A DNA stretch of 64,000 nt from the human T2T-CHM13v2.0 reference genome, Homo sapiens (GCF_009914755.1 NC_060929.1), one strand, 5' to 3'; numbered from the stretch's first letter, positions 14,560-27,917 are shown. Program-made: numbers and translations. Notes: generated by a model from the sequence alone, not told the origin.

Positions 14560-17340
14560 GAAAAAGAAGATAAGCCAAGTAAAGATCAATGTCCCTTATG
14601 AATGTAAGTGTAAATTCATTAGAAAAATTCTAGAAAACTGAGTTGTTTTTAAACGGATTATACACCATAACCAAGTGGGATTTATATTATTAATGCATGT
14701 TTGGCTTAATTTAAACAAATCAATGTAAAACATCACATTAATAGCATAAAGGACAAAACAATGTGATCATTTTATTGATGAAGAAATATCATTTGACAAA
14801 ATGCAACAACCTTTAATTATCCAAACACTCAATCAAATAAAAATAGAAAGGAAATTCTTCAACCTATAATAGAGCACCTATGAAAAATGTACAGCTGACA
14901 ACCTATGGCAAAAGACTGAACACTTTCCTCCTCAGAATGGGAAGAGGCAGAGAATGTCATTTCTCATCCTTTTAAGTCAACATTTTATTAGATATTACAG
15001 GCCGGACAATTAGGCCAGAAAAATAAATAGAAACATTTAGATTGGGTTGGAAGAAGTAAAACTACCTCTGTTCAGATTATATTAACTTTCCTGTAGAATC
15101 TTAAAAATAATAACCAAAATAATTAATAAATCTTTTCAGAATTTGCAGGATACAAACTCAACATATTACAGAAATAAAGTGTATTTCTATACACCAGCAA
15201 GGAACAATCTGGAAATTAAATTAAGAAGGCATTTCCATTTAAAATATCATAAAGAATAAAATAATTAGGAGTTCACTTAACAAAGCCAATACAACACTTA
15301 AAGAATATTGTTTAAAGATGTTTATGTTTTTATATAAAAAAATAAGTAAATAATTGGAAATACATGTCATGTTTGTGAACTGGAAGACTTAACATTGATA
15401 AGATGGCTGCAAGAATTTATCTACAGACTGAACAAGATTTCTATCAAAATTTCAGCTGGCTTTATTTTAAAAAATAACCATAAAAATTTAAAAATTTATA
15501 TGACACTGTGCTAGATCCAAAATACTCAAAACATTCATAATAAAAAAATTTAAAATCTCACATATCCCAGTTTTAAAAGTTACTACAAAGTAAAGTAATC
15601 AAGACTGGGTGGTATTGTTTTAAAGATAAACACAACAGAATATCATCAAACATATCAAATCTGTTGATCTTATAGATCAATAGGATATCATTGAAAGCCT
15701 AGAAATAAATTCCTTACCTTTATGATTAATTAATTTTTATAAAGCTGCTAAAATAACTTAATGATCATAAAATAGTTCTTTTTTTCAACAAAATGTGCTA
15801 AAATAATTGGATCTCCAAATGCGAAAGATGAAGTTGGGCCCCTCTCTCATACCATATACAAAAATGAATTTAAAATGCAACATAAACATAAATGCAGGAG
15901 CTAAAGCTATAAAACTTTTAGAAGAAAACATAAAAGTAAATGTTTAGACCTTGAATGAGGCAATGGGATTTTAGATGTGGCACTAAAAGCTCAAGTGACA
16001 AAAGAAAAATATATAGTACACATATTATATTTCACAAAAATTAAAAACTTTTGTGCTTCAAAGATCATCACTTGAAAACGAAAAGACAGGATCGGAATGA
16101 AAAATATATTTGCAAATAATCTATCTAATGATCTGGTGTCCAAAATATAGAGAACTCTTTAAACTCAAAAATTTTAATAATACATTCAGCTCAACTAAAA
16201 ATGATTGAAATTGTCATTTTTTTTCAAAGAAGAAATAGTAATGGCCAATATGCACATACAAAATGCTCAACATCATTAGTCATTAGTAACATACAAACCA
16301 AACCACCATAAGATATTATTTAGTAACCATCAAAGTGACTGTAATCAAAGAGACAGACAAAAATTAGTCTGGCAAAGGCTATGCATGGTGGCTCATGCCT
16401 GTAATTCCAGCACTTTGGGAGGTCAAGGTAGGCGGATCACTTGAGCTAGGAGTTAAAGACCAGCCTGGCAAACATGGTGAAACCCTGTCTCTACTAAAAA
16501 TACAAAAATTAGCTGGGCATGGTTGTGAGTGCTTGTAATCCCAGCTACTCTGGAGGCTGAGGCAGGAGAATTGCTTGAACTCATGAGGCAGGGGTGTAAG
16601 GGTTGCAGTGAACCAAGATAGCACCACTGCACCTGAGCCTTGGCAATAAAGTGAGACTCTGTTTCAAAAAAAAAAAAAAAAATAAGAAAAAATAAAAACA
16701 ACTAAACAACAAAAAACAAACAAACAAAGAAAAACCAGTCTGGCAAGGATGGTAAGGGTGTGGAGAAATTGTAACTCTCCTGCATTGCTGCCGAGAATGT
16801 AAAAATGGCACAGGCACTTTCACAAACAATTCAGCAGTTCCTCAAAATGTTAGTCATTGTATGATTCAGCAATTTTACTCCTACTTATATGCCTAAGAGA
16901 ACTAAAAGCAGTCTATGAAAATTTTGTATACAGTCTTTCATAGCAGCATTATCCACGATAACATAAAATTGGAAATGTCACTGAACCAGCTGGTGAATGG
17001 ATAAACATAATGTTGTATATTTATATTCTGGACTATTATTTACCAATTAAAAATGAAGTGTTGATACATGCTATTACATGGATGAACGTTGAAATTATGA
17101 AAGGGGGTATATATTGAGTTATTGCATGTGCATGAAATGGACAAATTCATAGAAACAGAAGGTAAATTAGTGGAAAGTGATGATAATTTGTATGAGGTTT
17201 CTTTTTGTTGTGATGAAGATATTCTAAACTTAGATAATGGGAATGGTTCCTCACTCTGAATATGCAATAATCAACTAAGTTGTACACTTTAAAAAGGTGA
17301 ATTTTATGTTATATGACATATCTCAAAAAGGCTGTTAACC
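14560..17340 (+). mobile_element. L1MB/ME-like ORF2 (RT to C-terminus) plus 3' UTR, interrupted by an Alu
   Basis: ACCATAACCAAGTGGGATTTAT, CATTTGACAAAAT, ATACCATATACAAAAAT, ending TTGTACACTTTAAAAAGGTGAATTTTATG...TATCTCAAAAAGGCTGTT. Confidence 0.88.
16377..16736 (+). mobile_element. AluS-like SINE with long A/CA-rich tail and TSD
   Basis: Full dimer; AGTCTGGCAA duplicated at 16366-16375 and 16737-16746. Confidence 0.95.
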
Positions 17341-17769
17341 AAATTCTCATTTTCTGCTAACTACTTTTAAAGAAACTTAAAGTACAATTTTTAACAAGAG
17401 AGTCAAGACTTCAGCTCTCATGGGGATGATGTCGTGGTTTGGGAGTGACAGGCGTTCATGTAACTGAATATATCTATGATCAACCTTTACAATAAAGACA
17501 AGAAAATGAAATGGATGTGATAGAAAGTGTCAAATGGTGGGGTGGATAGAAGTTTTTAGAGAGGATAGTAGAAGGGAAATCATTAAAGAAGGTATTAATT
17601 CTAAAGAAAATGAGAATCTAGCAGAAGGTATTAAATATAGGAAACACATCATCTTATTTTAATTTCTATAAGAAAACTCTATATTTTGTGGATAATATAT
17701 ATTATCAGAAATAAATAATGGCACAGGAAGGTTGATATAAACAAGTGTAGGCCATAAACAGTTGTTGGT

Positions 17770-18110
17770 TAAATTTGAGTTTTGGCAGTGGAGAGGTGGA
17801 GAACAGGATGGGGTATGTTTTCGAGGTACAAATGACAGATCTTCTAGGTTTGAAACAGTGGGGATAAAGACAGTGAGCATTCATGATAATTCTAAAGTTT
17901 TGTCCTTGTACAAAAATGTGGATTGTACCATTAACAGAGATAGAACAGTTACTGGTAGAAATAGTATTGGGGTCCCAGTACATCATAAATTCTTTATTAG
18001 CCATATTAATTTTGAGATACTTCCTGGATATTCAGATAAAGTGGGCAATTGTACAGGTAAATATATTATTCATAAAATTGAAACAGAATGCATTCAACCA
18101 TAGGGAGGAG
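17770..18110 (-). mobile_element. L2 LINE fragment
   Basis: GATAATTCTAAAGTTTTGTCCTTG...CCATTAACAGAGATAG...ATATTAATTTTGAGATAC resembles antisense L2 ORF2. Confidence 0.6.
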
Positions 18111-18887
18111 ATGAGGAACTCTACCAAAAACAGAAAGAATATTGTTATAGATTAAATGAAACATGAGGTATATCATATAAGACATGGCTTTTATGAGTTT
18201 TAATTGGATTTTTATGAGTTTTAATTGGATTCTGATTCAAACAACTCAAAAATTTTAGAGCAATTTTAATGTACCTAGTTTATTGTTTCCCAAAATTCTA
18301 TTTTTATTATACTTTTCTTAAAATTATATACCACAAGTTTCTATTAAATGCTTCAAATTATTTAAATAATCATAATTCTCTGAACAAAGTCAATTTTATT
18401 ATTTGTTCTAGTGACATGAGTCAAACCACTAGAAACTTTCTTCTTGATAGCTTGACCTTTATAATTAAGTGATTTATTAAGATAATATAAATATTCTTCA
18501 AAGTTAGATACATAGCTATTAATCATTTTAAAAACTTTTAAAAGCAATGCCTTTATGAGCTAAGGTTAATTGCCTTGCTTACATTTCATACATATATACT
18601 TGAATAAATTTCATGTGTTGCTGAGACAGCATCTTTTATAAACTTTAGTTCTACTTCTTTTTTCTGTTTCTATAGACACTAAAACTTAGTAATTTGATTC
18701 ATATAAATTAGGACATGTAGAATGCCATTTATTTCCTTGAATAACTTGTGAGTTGTAAGCAAAAAAATCACACCATTTATTTTATCTGCATCTATTTTTA
18801 ATGATCCGTTAGCTGACAATAGACTTGATGCCCGCTTTAAATGTGTAGAAAACAAAGAATTGAAAACTACCTGTCTTAAAAGTGGAA

Positions 18888-19257
18888 TTGTGTTTTCCAC
18901 TTGTAATTCTCTCCAAAATTTATATGTTAAAATCCTAATCCCCAAGATGAAAACTCGTTGGAGTTGGTGCCTTTGGGAGGTAATTAGGTCCAGAGAACAG
19001 GGCACTCATAAATGGGTTAGTGCCCTTATACTGAGGCCTGAGGAAGCTTATTTGACCCTTTCACCACGTGAGGACACAGGGAGAAGTCAGTAGTTTGCAA
19101 CCAAAAGAGGTCCCCAACCAGAAGGTGACGATACACCCTGACTTGGCGCCCTAATCTTGGATTTGCAGGTTCTAGAACTGTGAGAAAGAAATTTCTGCTG
19201 TTTAAAAGCTACTCATTTTAGTGCATTTTGTTATAGCAGCCTGAAGGCATAAGACAA
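18888..19257 (+). mobile_element. MLT1A/A0-like MaLR solo LTR
   Basis: CCAAAATTTATATGTTAAAATCCTAATCCCC...GCCTTTGGGAGGTAATTAGG...TCTAGAACTGTGAGAAAGAAATTTCTG...TTTTGTTATAGCAGCCTGAA...AAGACA. Confidence 0.9.
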
Positions 19258-20799
19258 ATTGTTATGAGGTCTTTAGAATTACTGTCTTTAGAATTACTTA
19301 CTATTGAAACATCAATATCAATATCAAAGTGTCATTATAGTTTGGTACCTTCAAAGGGTTCTCTTATTTTTTTTTTTTTTTTTTGCTTTTTTTGTATAGT
19401 TGTTTGTTGCTTTGTTTTCACTCCAGAATACAGCACAATGATAAGATTAAGGATATGTGAGGAGCCTGCCTTTCTTTTTTGAAACAGAAACATGGCAGTT
19501 TTGAAAGAAAAGGTAGGAAAGGGAACACTGTACCTTCTTTAAACAGCAATTTCATGCAGATTGATTTTAAAAGAATACACACATGAAGTTGATGTAATTA
19601 AAATTATCCACATCCATGTTTCCCTTGAACACTTATTGCATAACCCGAGGCATTTCTTTTGTTTTCAAACCACTCCTTCAAAAGAACCAGAGGACAGGCC
19701 ATTATGAAAAGCATTCTATTCACCATGGATAACACTAGAAATCCCAACACCCCAGGTTGTTGATACACTTAGATTCTATTCTGCACACTTAATCTACCTT
19801 AATTCTCTATTCCTCCCCCCTTTTAAAACCATTATTTGTGCACTGTCTCTAACTGACAAGCTGCCATTAGCAATGTCCCTCTATATATCCTCAGCTGTCC
19901 TGTGAACATTCCCCTTAATCCTGCCTGAACTGACATCTGACAGGTCCCTGAAGACACGGTCTATTTGGCAGGCTTCCCAACCGGAAGCTGTTTATATTCT
20001 TTCACGTCACCTGTGTTAAGGGCTGTGTTAAAGCGCGGTAATTGCCTTCTTTCTTCCTATTACGTGTTCCAAACAATTTCTCACTACCCCGTTTAAAAGT
20101 CTAGCTCTTTATATTTTATAACAATTATTTGTAATTATGTTGACCGGCACTTCACTGCCTCACTTCATGGTTTGTATTAGCAGAGTGGCCTGTACTGTCC
20201 CAGGAAAATAGCCTCTGAAACTGGGATAAATACTGGCTCAGTTTTACATAATCAGGAGCTGTGCCATAGACTTTGCTTAAAGACAGGAAGAGATATTGGC
20301 AGACCCCACAATTCCAACTTCCAACATGTTCTCTTTTTGACTAAAACTGTAAGCCAATATCTGGCTTTGCCTCTCTAGCTTGGAACAGAAGTAGGTACTA
20401 GTCATGTAATGCTCAAAAACTAGTTTTCCTCTTTGCTTCCTGGAAATAGCGGAGCTGACCTTGGCCTCCGCATCATCAGCAGTGGCTCCTTTTTCTGGCC
20501 TGTTTATATGGATCCATCTCCGGCTCCAAAACATATTTTATCCAAATATGTCTTAAGCCACTTTTGACCTGAGTTGCCTCAGAATTTTGCTTCCTTCTCT
20601 TAGAATTTAGTTATTTTAGATATTTATGCTCTGATAGGAGTTACAAACTCCCAGTTATAATCATTCTCACTTTAGTTTTGCTATCCAGAATCCCTCCATC
20701 ACTCAAAAGCTCACATAAAGTATTTGCCTGTCACTTAATACATTTATTCATATTTATATTTAGCTATTATCTATCTACACGTCAATAATAGATGACATA

Positions 20800-20864
20800 A
20801 GATAGATCCACAGATAGAAACAGATAGATGAGAGAGAGAGGGGGAGAGAGAGAGAGAGAGAGAG
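20800..20864. repeat. (GATA)/(GA)n microsatellite
   Basis: AGATAGAT units followed by GA run. Confidence 0.9.
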
Positions 20865-23229
20865 AACATCAAAGTGTTTAGCTCCTGGAAATATGGACAA
20901 ATATCCTGCCTGAACAAGATTACAGTCCATTAAGAAGAGCCTGAAATTAAAACATTTTTACAAGTTTCGTGGTTTCACCTTGCTAATCAGAAAATACAAG
21001 ACAGTTAAGGAGACGTATAAGGAATTTTACTTAGTTTAAGGAATCCATGATTTTTAAAGTGATTTATAATCTTATATCTGAAATACAAGTGGAAGAAATA
21101 TCAGAGGTTGAAGTGAAATTGTCCCCAGCAAAAAACAATACACAAAGACTTTCTGAGTTAACTGATTCCTTTGCAGTCACCAGATCTACAAATAATTCTG
21201 TATTCTGAGAAAGCTAATGGGGAAATTAGTTTAGGAGCTTTTACATTAAGCATCTAACATGTATATAGTATAAAATAATTTCATAATGTTCTTAAGAAAC
21301 AAATTAATTGAAGTAGATATCAGAGTTGCATTTAAGTGATCTTATTAATAACTATTTCTCCCTATGTTCTTAATATATAGTTAATCTCATGTCTATTCTT
21401 AATTCTCCTAATTTTTCATATGGGCTACAGAGGTGAACTAATCTGTAATATGAAAACCATATTTAATAACAGAAAAACCTGTTTAGATTTATTTTAATCA
21501 CCAACAGTCATTCTCAGTGATAACTCTTCATCGCAAATTTGAGCACATAAAATTCCAGAGGAGTTAACATAAATAAAAATAAAACAAGATAATGTCAACC
21601 TACTGATAGACAGCTGGAAGCATAAACTCTATTGATTGCATTGTTAATGCCATTTGTTTAATCATAACTTTTCAGAATTTTACTCAATTTCTGCTTGAAG
21701 ATGAACATGTAAGCATAATGTTGTGAAGATAAATTACAAAGTTTGAAAATTGCAACAGTTCTAACTCTAGAATAGAAAGACAGAAAATGTAGTTAGTGAA
21801 GAGAAAATTAAACAAAAGAAACTTCTCTTTCAAAACATAGGCAAAATTCAAATGCACAAGTGCAAAGAAATAGTCCTGAGTTATCAGAAACAAGATGAAT
21901 AGAGAGGAAAAAGTTCCATCAAAACACATTTTGAAGTGATATTCCTTTTTTTGTAAGAAATTCTACAAAATTGGCAATTAGCAACTCTTGTTTATTGTGC
22001 AACTGGAATTCTATTTTAGTCATGTTTGGAAGAAAGCCCAAAACTGAAATTGCACAGTTAAGAGTCTTTAAAAGAAAAGTAAGATATTTTGATAACCCTA
22101 AAAAAGCATATGTTATGATTCAGATGACTGGGTTAAATGGCTTTTTATTTAAAAGGTTTCTGGAAACAAGAATAAATGTTCCACACAATAACAGCCAAAG
22201 GGCAGATGGGGGACGTTGGCGTCTCGAGAAAGGATAATTGGAATTGTGGAACACAATTTATATGTCTTGCAATTGGCAAGGAACATTTTCTTAATTTTTC
22301 ACATGTACACTCTATGTTTACAAATACAGGAGGAACACATTTAAACGAATAACACAAGAATTAATTTATTGTAATTGCCTAAAAGTATTTTATCTAAAGC
22401 ACAGGCTTAGGCTGAATAATAACCCTTTATGTCTGTTTTTGTCTTTCAGAGTTGTTCCAAAATTTTCCCTCCGTGAAATCTACCAGAGTCGGAAAATAAG
22501 CTAATATCAAAATCTGTGTTTTTAATTTTTGGCTTGAGGAAAAATGTTATGTAGCTTTTATGTATTTTACTAGGTTATGTGCTTAACTGGTCACATTTGT
22601 CCCTAACTCCATCTTATTTATATTGCATTTAAGCAATTTTATTTTTATTGAACCAAAAAAGTACCTCTTGGAATCATAGAACATTTACATTACGTTTTCT
22701 GGTATTTTTACTTCTGTCTGGATTGAATTCACCTATTAGCTAGCAACGCAAATTTAAAAAGCATATTTTGCTAATGAAAATATTACAATGAAACCGTGGG
22801 TTGTGCTTTCCTTAAGCCCAAGGGCAAGGAGAAAAAAGTGACTACATATGTATGTTTACCTAACATTTTTTGATACAACCATCCTTATTCTATTATACTG
22901 TGGAAATAGCCACTTAACAAGATATGTCCATAGAAGTGTATGGCTCCTTACTCTAACAATATAAATGACATTCTTCTTCCCTCTACTGCTCCATTTTTGT
23001 TTCTATTGTTGTAGATTTTTATTTTATACAATATAGAGTTTTAGTTTCAGATTAATAGCAATTTATCCTCTTAATTGAAAATTTGAAAAATACCAAAGTC
23101 TATCAAAAAGGAAAACAAACAAACAAAAAACAATAAAATGTAAAAGGCATCAGTAATATCTATCATCATATGAAGAAAATTATTGCTAATTTAGGTAGAC
23201 TTTACAATTTAAAAACTAAATTTGAACAA

Positions 23230-24200
23230 ATGTTAAATGTACAGTTCCGTTAATTTTTCCCAAATGAGCTCATCTTTGACACCACACGTTATTCATGATA
23301 TATAATATCAACATTCAAAACCTCCTTTGGGACCCATGCTAATTAGTACTGCATCTGAGAATAAGCAATATTCTAGCTTCTAAGCCTAAATATACATTTT
23401 TAAATTTATATAAATGAAATCACACTCCATTTTCATGCCTGGATTCTTTTGACATTATTATATTTTTAAAGATTCATCCATTTATTGTGAGTAGTTGCAG
23501 TTTGTGATTTGATTCCATATATGAAATTACTGTAATTAATAAACATTTAGGTTACTTTTAACATTTGGCCCTTTATGAGTTATGCTGCTATAAACATGTT
23601 TGTGCATGTCTGTTGGCAAACAAATACACATTCCTTTAGGGACAATATGTAGATAAATTATAAATTATGTCTATGCTCAATTTTTTAAAAGATACTGTCA
23701 AATAATTTTCCAAAGTATTTGTGCCAATTTATACTCTCACCAACATGTAAGAGGATTCCAGCTGCTTTATACCTTTATCAAAACTCAGTATCATCTGTCT
23801 TCCAATTTGGCCATTTCGGTACGTATAGGTAGTATCTACTTGTGTTTTCAATTTATGTAGTTTTTCTTATTGAGGACAAATTGGGTAACCACATTTTTAT
23901 ATGGTTATTTATCCAGCACTGTTTATTTAAAGTGTCTTTATTTACTCACTGCCTTTTAAGGTCATTTTGTAATACCAGTGATAATACTGACAGGTGTGGG
24001 TCTGTTTTGGAATTTAAAAGAGTATATTACTTCTTTCATGTATAGTCTTGTCTACGACTAATACTAAAGTATCTTTATTATTCGAACTTTATAGTAATTC
24101 TTGATACCTTGTAGTTTAGGTACTCCAGTGAATACTGCTTGATTTCTACGAAATTTTAATAACTTTGATTTCTATGAAATTTTAATATGTTTCTCAATTC
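23230..24200 (-). mobile_element. L1ME-like degraded 3' end
   Basis: AGATTCATCCAT, ATGCTGCTATAAACATG, TTTTCCAAAGT...CCAATTTATACTCTCACCAACA antisense motifs. Confidence 0.7.
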
Positions 24201-24204
24201 CTAA

Positions 24205-26500
24205 TTTTTTATTTCAACTTTTATTTTAGATATAGATGGTATATATTCAGGTGTATTACATAGGTATATTGCACCCAGATAATGAGCATAGTACTCATTA
24301 GGCAGTTTTTCAGCCCATTATCCCCTCCCTATCTCCCCCATCTAGTAGTCCACAGTGACTATTGTTCCCATGTTTACAACTATGTGTAATCAATGTTTAG
24401 TTCCCATTTATAAGTGAGAGTATGTGTTATTGGCTTTCTGTTCCTGTGTTAATTTGCTTAGGACAATGGCCTCCAGCTGCCTCCATGTTGCTGCAAATAA
24501 CATAATTTCATCTTTTTTTATGGCTGCATGGTATTCCGTGGTGTATATGCAGCACATTTTCTTTATTGAATCTACTATTGATGAGTATCTAGGTTGAAAA
24601 CATGTCTATGTTATTGTGAACAATGCTGCAATGAACTTAGGAGTTCCATCTCTCTTTTTGGTATAAAGATCTATTTTCTTTTGGGTATATATGCAGTAAT
24701 GGGATTGCTGGGTTGAATGGTAGTTCTATTGTAAGTTCTTTAAGAAATCTCCAAACTGCTTTTTGCAGGGTCTGAACTAATTTACATTTCCACCATCAGT
24801 GTATAAGCATTCCTTTTTCTCCACACCCTTGCAAGGATCTGTTGTATTTTGACTTTCTAATAATAATCATTCTGACTTGTGTGAGATGGTATCTCATTGT
24901 GGTTTTGATTTACATTTCTCTGATAATTAGTGATGTACATCATTGTTCTCACGTATTTGTTGGTCACTTGTATGTCTTCTTTTGAAAAGTGTCTGTTCAT
25001 GCCCTTTGCCCGTTCTTCAGTGGTGTTATTTGTTTTTTGCATGTTCAATCTTATGGATTCTGAATATTAGACCAATTAGACCATTGTCAGATGCATAGCT
25101 TGAAAATATTTTCTCCATTATTTAGGTGATCTGTTTACTCTGTTGATAGTTTATTTTGCTGTCCAGAAGCTCTTTAGTTTAATTAGGTCCTACTTGTATG
25201 TTTGTTGCAATAGCTTTTAGGGACTTAGCAAAAAATTATTTGCCAAGGCTGATGTCAAGAAGTGTATATCCTAAATTATCTTCTAATATTCTTATACTTT
25301 GAGGTCTTACATTTAAATCTTTAATCTTTAAATCTTCACTCCATCCTGAGTTGATGTTTATGTATGGTGAAAGTAAGCATCCAGTTTTAGTCTTCTGCAT
25401 ATTGCTAGCTAGTGGTCCCGGCACCATTTATTGAATAGTGTGTACTTTTCCTATTTTTATTGGTCTAATTTAATATCAGATGGTTGTAGGTGTGTAGTTT
25501 TATTTTTGAGTTCTCTATTCTATTCCATTTGTCTACGTGCTTATTTTTGTACCAGTAACATTCTCTTTTAATTACTGTAGCCTTGTGGTATAGTTTGAAG
25601 TTAGATAATGTAATGGTTCTGTCTTTATTCTCTTTGCTTAGAATTACTTTGGCTATTCAGGCTCTTTTTCGGTTTCATATAAATTTTAGAATAGTTTTTT
25701 TTTTCCTAATTCTGGAAAGAATGACATTGGTAGTTTGATAGGAAGATCATTGAATCTGTGAGTTGTTTTGCGCAGTATGATCATTTCAACGATATTGATT
25801 TTACTAATCCATGAGCTCCGAATGTTTTTTCCATTTATTTGTGTCATCTCTGATTTTTTTCAGCAGTGTTTTAGAGTTCTCCTTGTAGAGATCTTTTATC
25901 TCCATGGTTAGCTGTATTCCTAGTTATTTCATTTTCTTCATAGCTATTGAAAATGGGTTTGTGTTCCTGATTTGACTCTCAATCTGGATGCTTTTGGGGT
26001 ATAGAAATGCTACTAAATTTTGTACATTGATTTTTTTATCCTGAAATCTTATTAAAATTGTTTATCAGTTCTAGTAGCCTTTTGGTGGGGTCTTAAGATT
26101 TTTCTAGGTATAGAATCATATTGTCAGTGAAGACAGATAGTTTGATTTCTTTTTTTTTTTTTTTATTTGGATGCCTTATTTTTTTCTCTTGTCTGATTGC
26201 TCTGGCTAGGACTTGCAGTACTATGTTGAGTAGGAGTGGTGAGAGTGGACATCTTTGTCTTGTTCCGATTCTCAAGAGGAATGGTTCCAGATTTTCCCCA
26301 TTCAGTGTGATATTGGCTGTGGATTTGTCATAGATGGCTCTTATTATTTTGAGGTATGTTTCTTCGTCCATTAAGAGTTTGTTATGTAAGGATATGAGAT
26401 TTTCTTGAAAGTTTTTACTGTGTCTATTGAGATGATACTAGTTTCATTGTTTTTAATTCTGCTTATGTGGTGAGTCCATTTATTGATTTGCATATACTGA
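24205..26500 (-). mobile_element. L1PA16/L1PB-like 3' 2.3 kb
   Basis: 3' UTR TATATTGCACCCAGATAATGAGCATAGTAC; ORF 26093..26371 [42 protein letters not shown]...[10 protein letters not shown] is L1 RT. Confidence 0.95.
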
Positions 26501-26593
26501 AGATGGTTATTAACATGGGTATAGATCACTTCTGGTCAATTTGGATCTGTACCAAATCAAGGCAGATATGTAAACTAAATACACCACAGTCAT

Positions 26594-26971
26594 TGATATG
26601 GTTTGGATCTGTGTCCCTGCCGATATCTCATGTCGAATTGTAAACCCCAATGTTGGAGGTGGGGCCTGGTTGGAGGTGAATTGAATCATAGGGGCAGTTT
26701 TGCAGTTTCTCATCGTTTAACACCATCCAGACTTGATGCTGCCATCGTGATAGTGAGTTCTTGTGAGATGTGGTTGTTTAAAAGTGTAGGGTACCTCCTC
26801 TCTGTTTTTACCTCTTGCTCTGGCCATGTGAAGTGCTTGCTTCCCCTTCAACTTCTGCCATAATTGGAAGCTTCCTGATGCCAAACAGATGGTGCCATGC
26901 TTCTTGTACAACCTGCAGAATAGTGCAGTCTCAGGTATTTCATTACTGCAGTGCAAAAACGGACTAATACA
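26594..26971 (+). mobile_element. MSTA-like MaLR solo LTR with perfect 5-bp TSD
   Basis: TGATATGGTTTGGATCTGTGTCCC...GGACTAATACA; GTCAT at 26589-26593 and 26972-26976. Confidence 0.94.
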
Positions 26972-27505
26972 GTCATCTTCTAGTTTACCACAGTCCTTAA
27001 ACAATGTCCTCTGAAGTCTGAAATTGGATCCTAGGGTGATATTGATAGCTCACCCTTAAGAGATGCTACACTTATAGTGTAGGTTGCCTCAGTGCCAAAA
27101 GGGTGGGAGGAAATCTTCACTGAGAGTTAAAACTTCTACATGAGAGTTAAGGGCTGACTGTGGAGCTCACATATTTGTATGTCTCCTTTCTCTCTGGAAT
27201 TTTGGACCCTAATATTCGACTTCTGTAACCCTTATATCCAATTGTTATGAACTCAAGTCTGTGAGACTGTTCAAAGCACTGCTTTTACTTATCATACTAC
27301 TCTTCTCTGCCAGGATTATTAAACTTTTGCTCTAAGCCAAGCATTCGGAAATAGGTAGGAATTGCAGGCGCAGGAAGTTGAGATTGACTAACATAAATTA
27401 ACCATATTCTTTGCATCTAGCCTCTCAAGACTTGCCTGCATCAATAGATCTCACATATCATGAAACAGATGATTTTGTTATTGTCATTTGCTTCTGTATC
27501 ACTTC

Positions 27506-27912
27506 TCAGATGGTTAGTACTGAGTGACAACTTGATTGGATTGAAGGATGCAATGTATTGATCTTGGGTGTGTCTGTGAGGGTGTTGTCAAAGGAGATTA
27601 ATAATTGAATCAGTGGGCTGGGAAAGGCCGACCCACCCTTATTCTGAGTGGGCACAATCTAATCAGCTGCTAACATAGATAGAATATAAAGCAGGCAGAA
27701 AAATGTGAAAATACTAGGCTGGCCTAGCCTCTCAAGCTACATCTATTTCCCGTGCTGCATGTTTTCTGTCCTCAAACATCAGACTCCAAGTTCTTCAATT
27801 TGGGGTCTTGGATGGGCTCTCCTTGCTCCTCAGCTTGCAGATGGTCTATTTTGGGACCTTGTGATTGTGTGAGTTAATATTTCTATCCCTCTAGAGAACG
27901 CTGACTAATACA
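27506..27912 (+). repeat. 5' LTR (MLT2A2-like)
   Basis: GATGGTTAGTACTGAGTGACAACTTGATTGGATTGAAGGATGC...CTAGAGAACGCTGACTAATACA; TATAAA at 27685-27690. Confidence 0.95.
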
Positions 27913-27917
27913 GATTT

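Noticed and set aside
22195-22220. CTCF-like motif CCAAAGGGCAGATGGGGGAC
   Set aside because: Too many mismatches to the CCASYAGRKGGC core to call.
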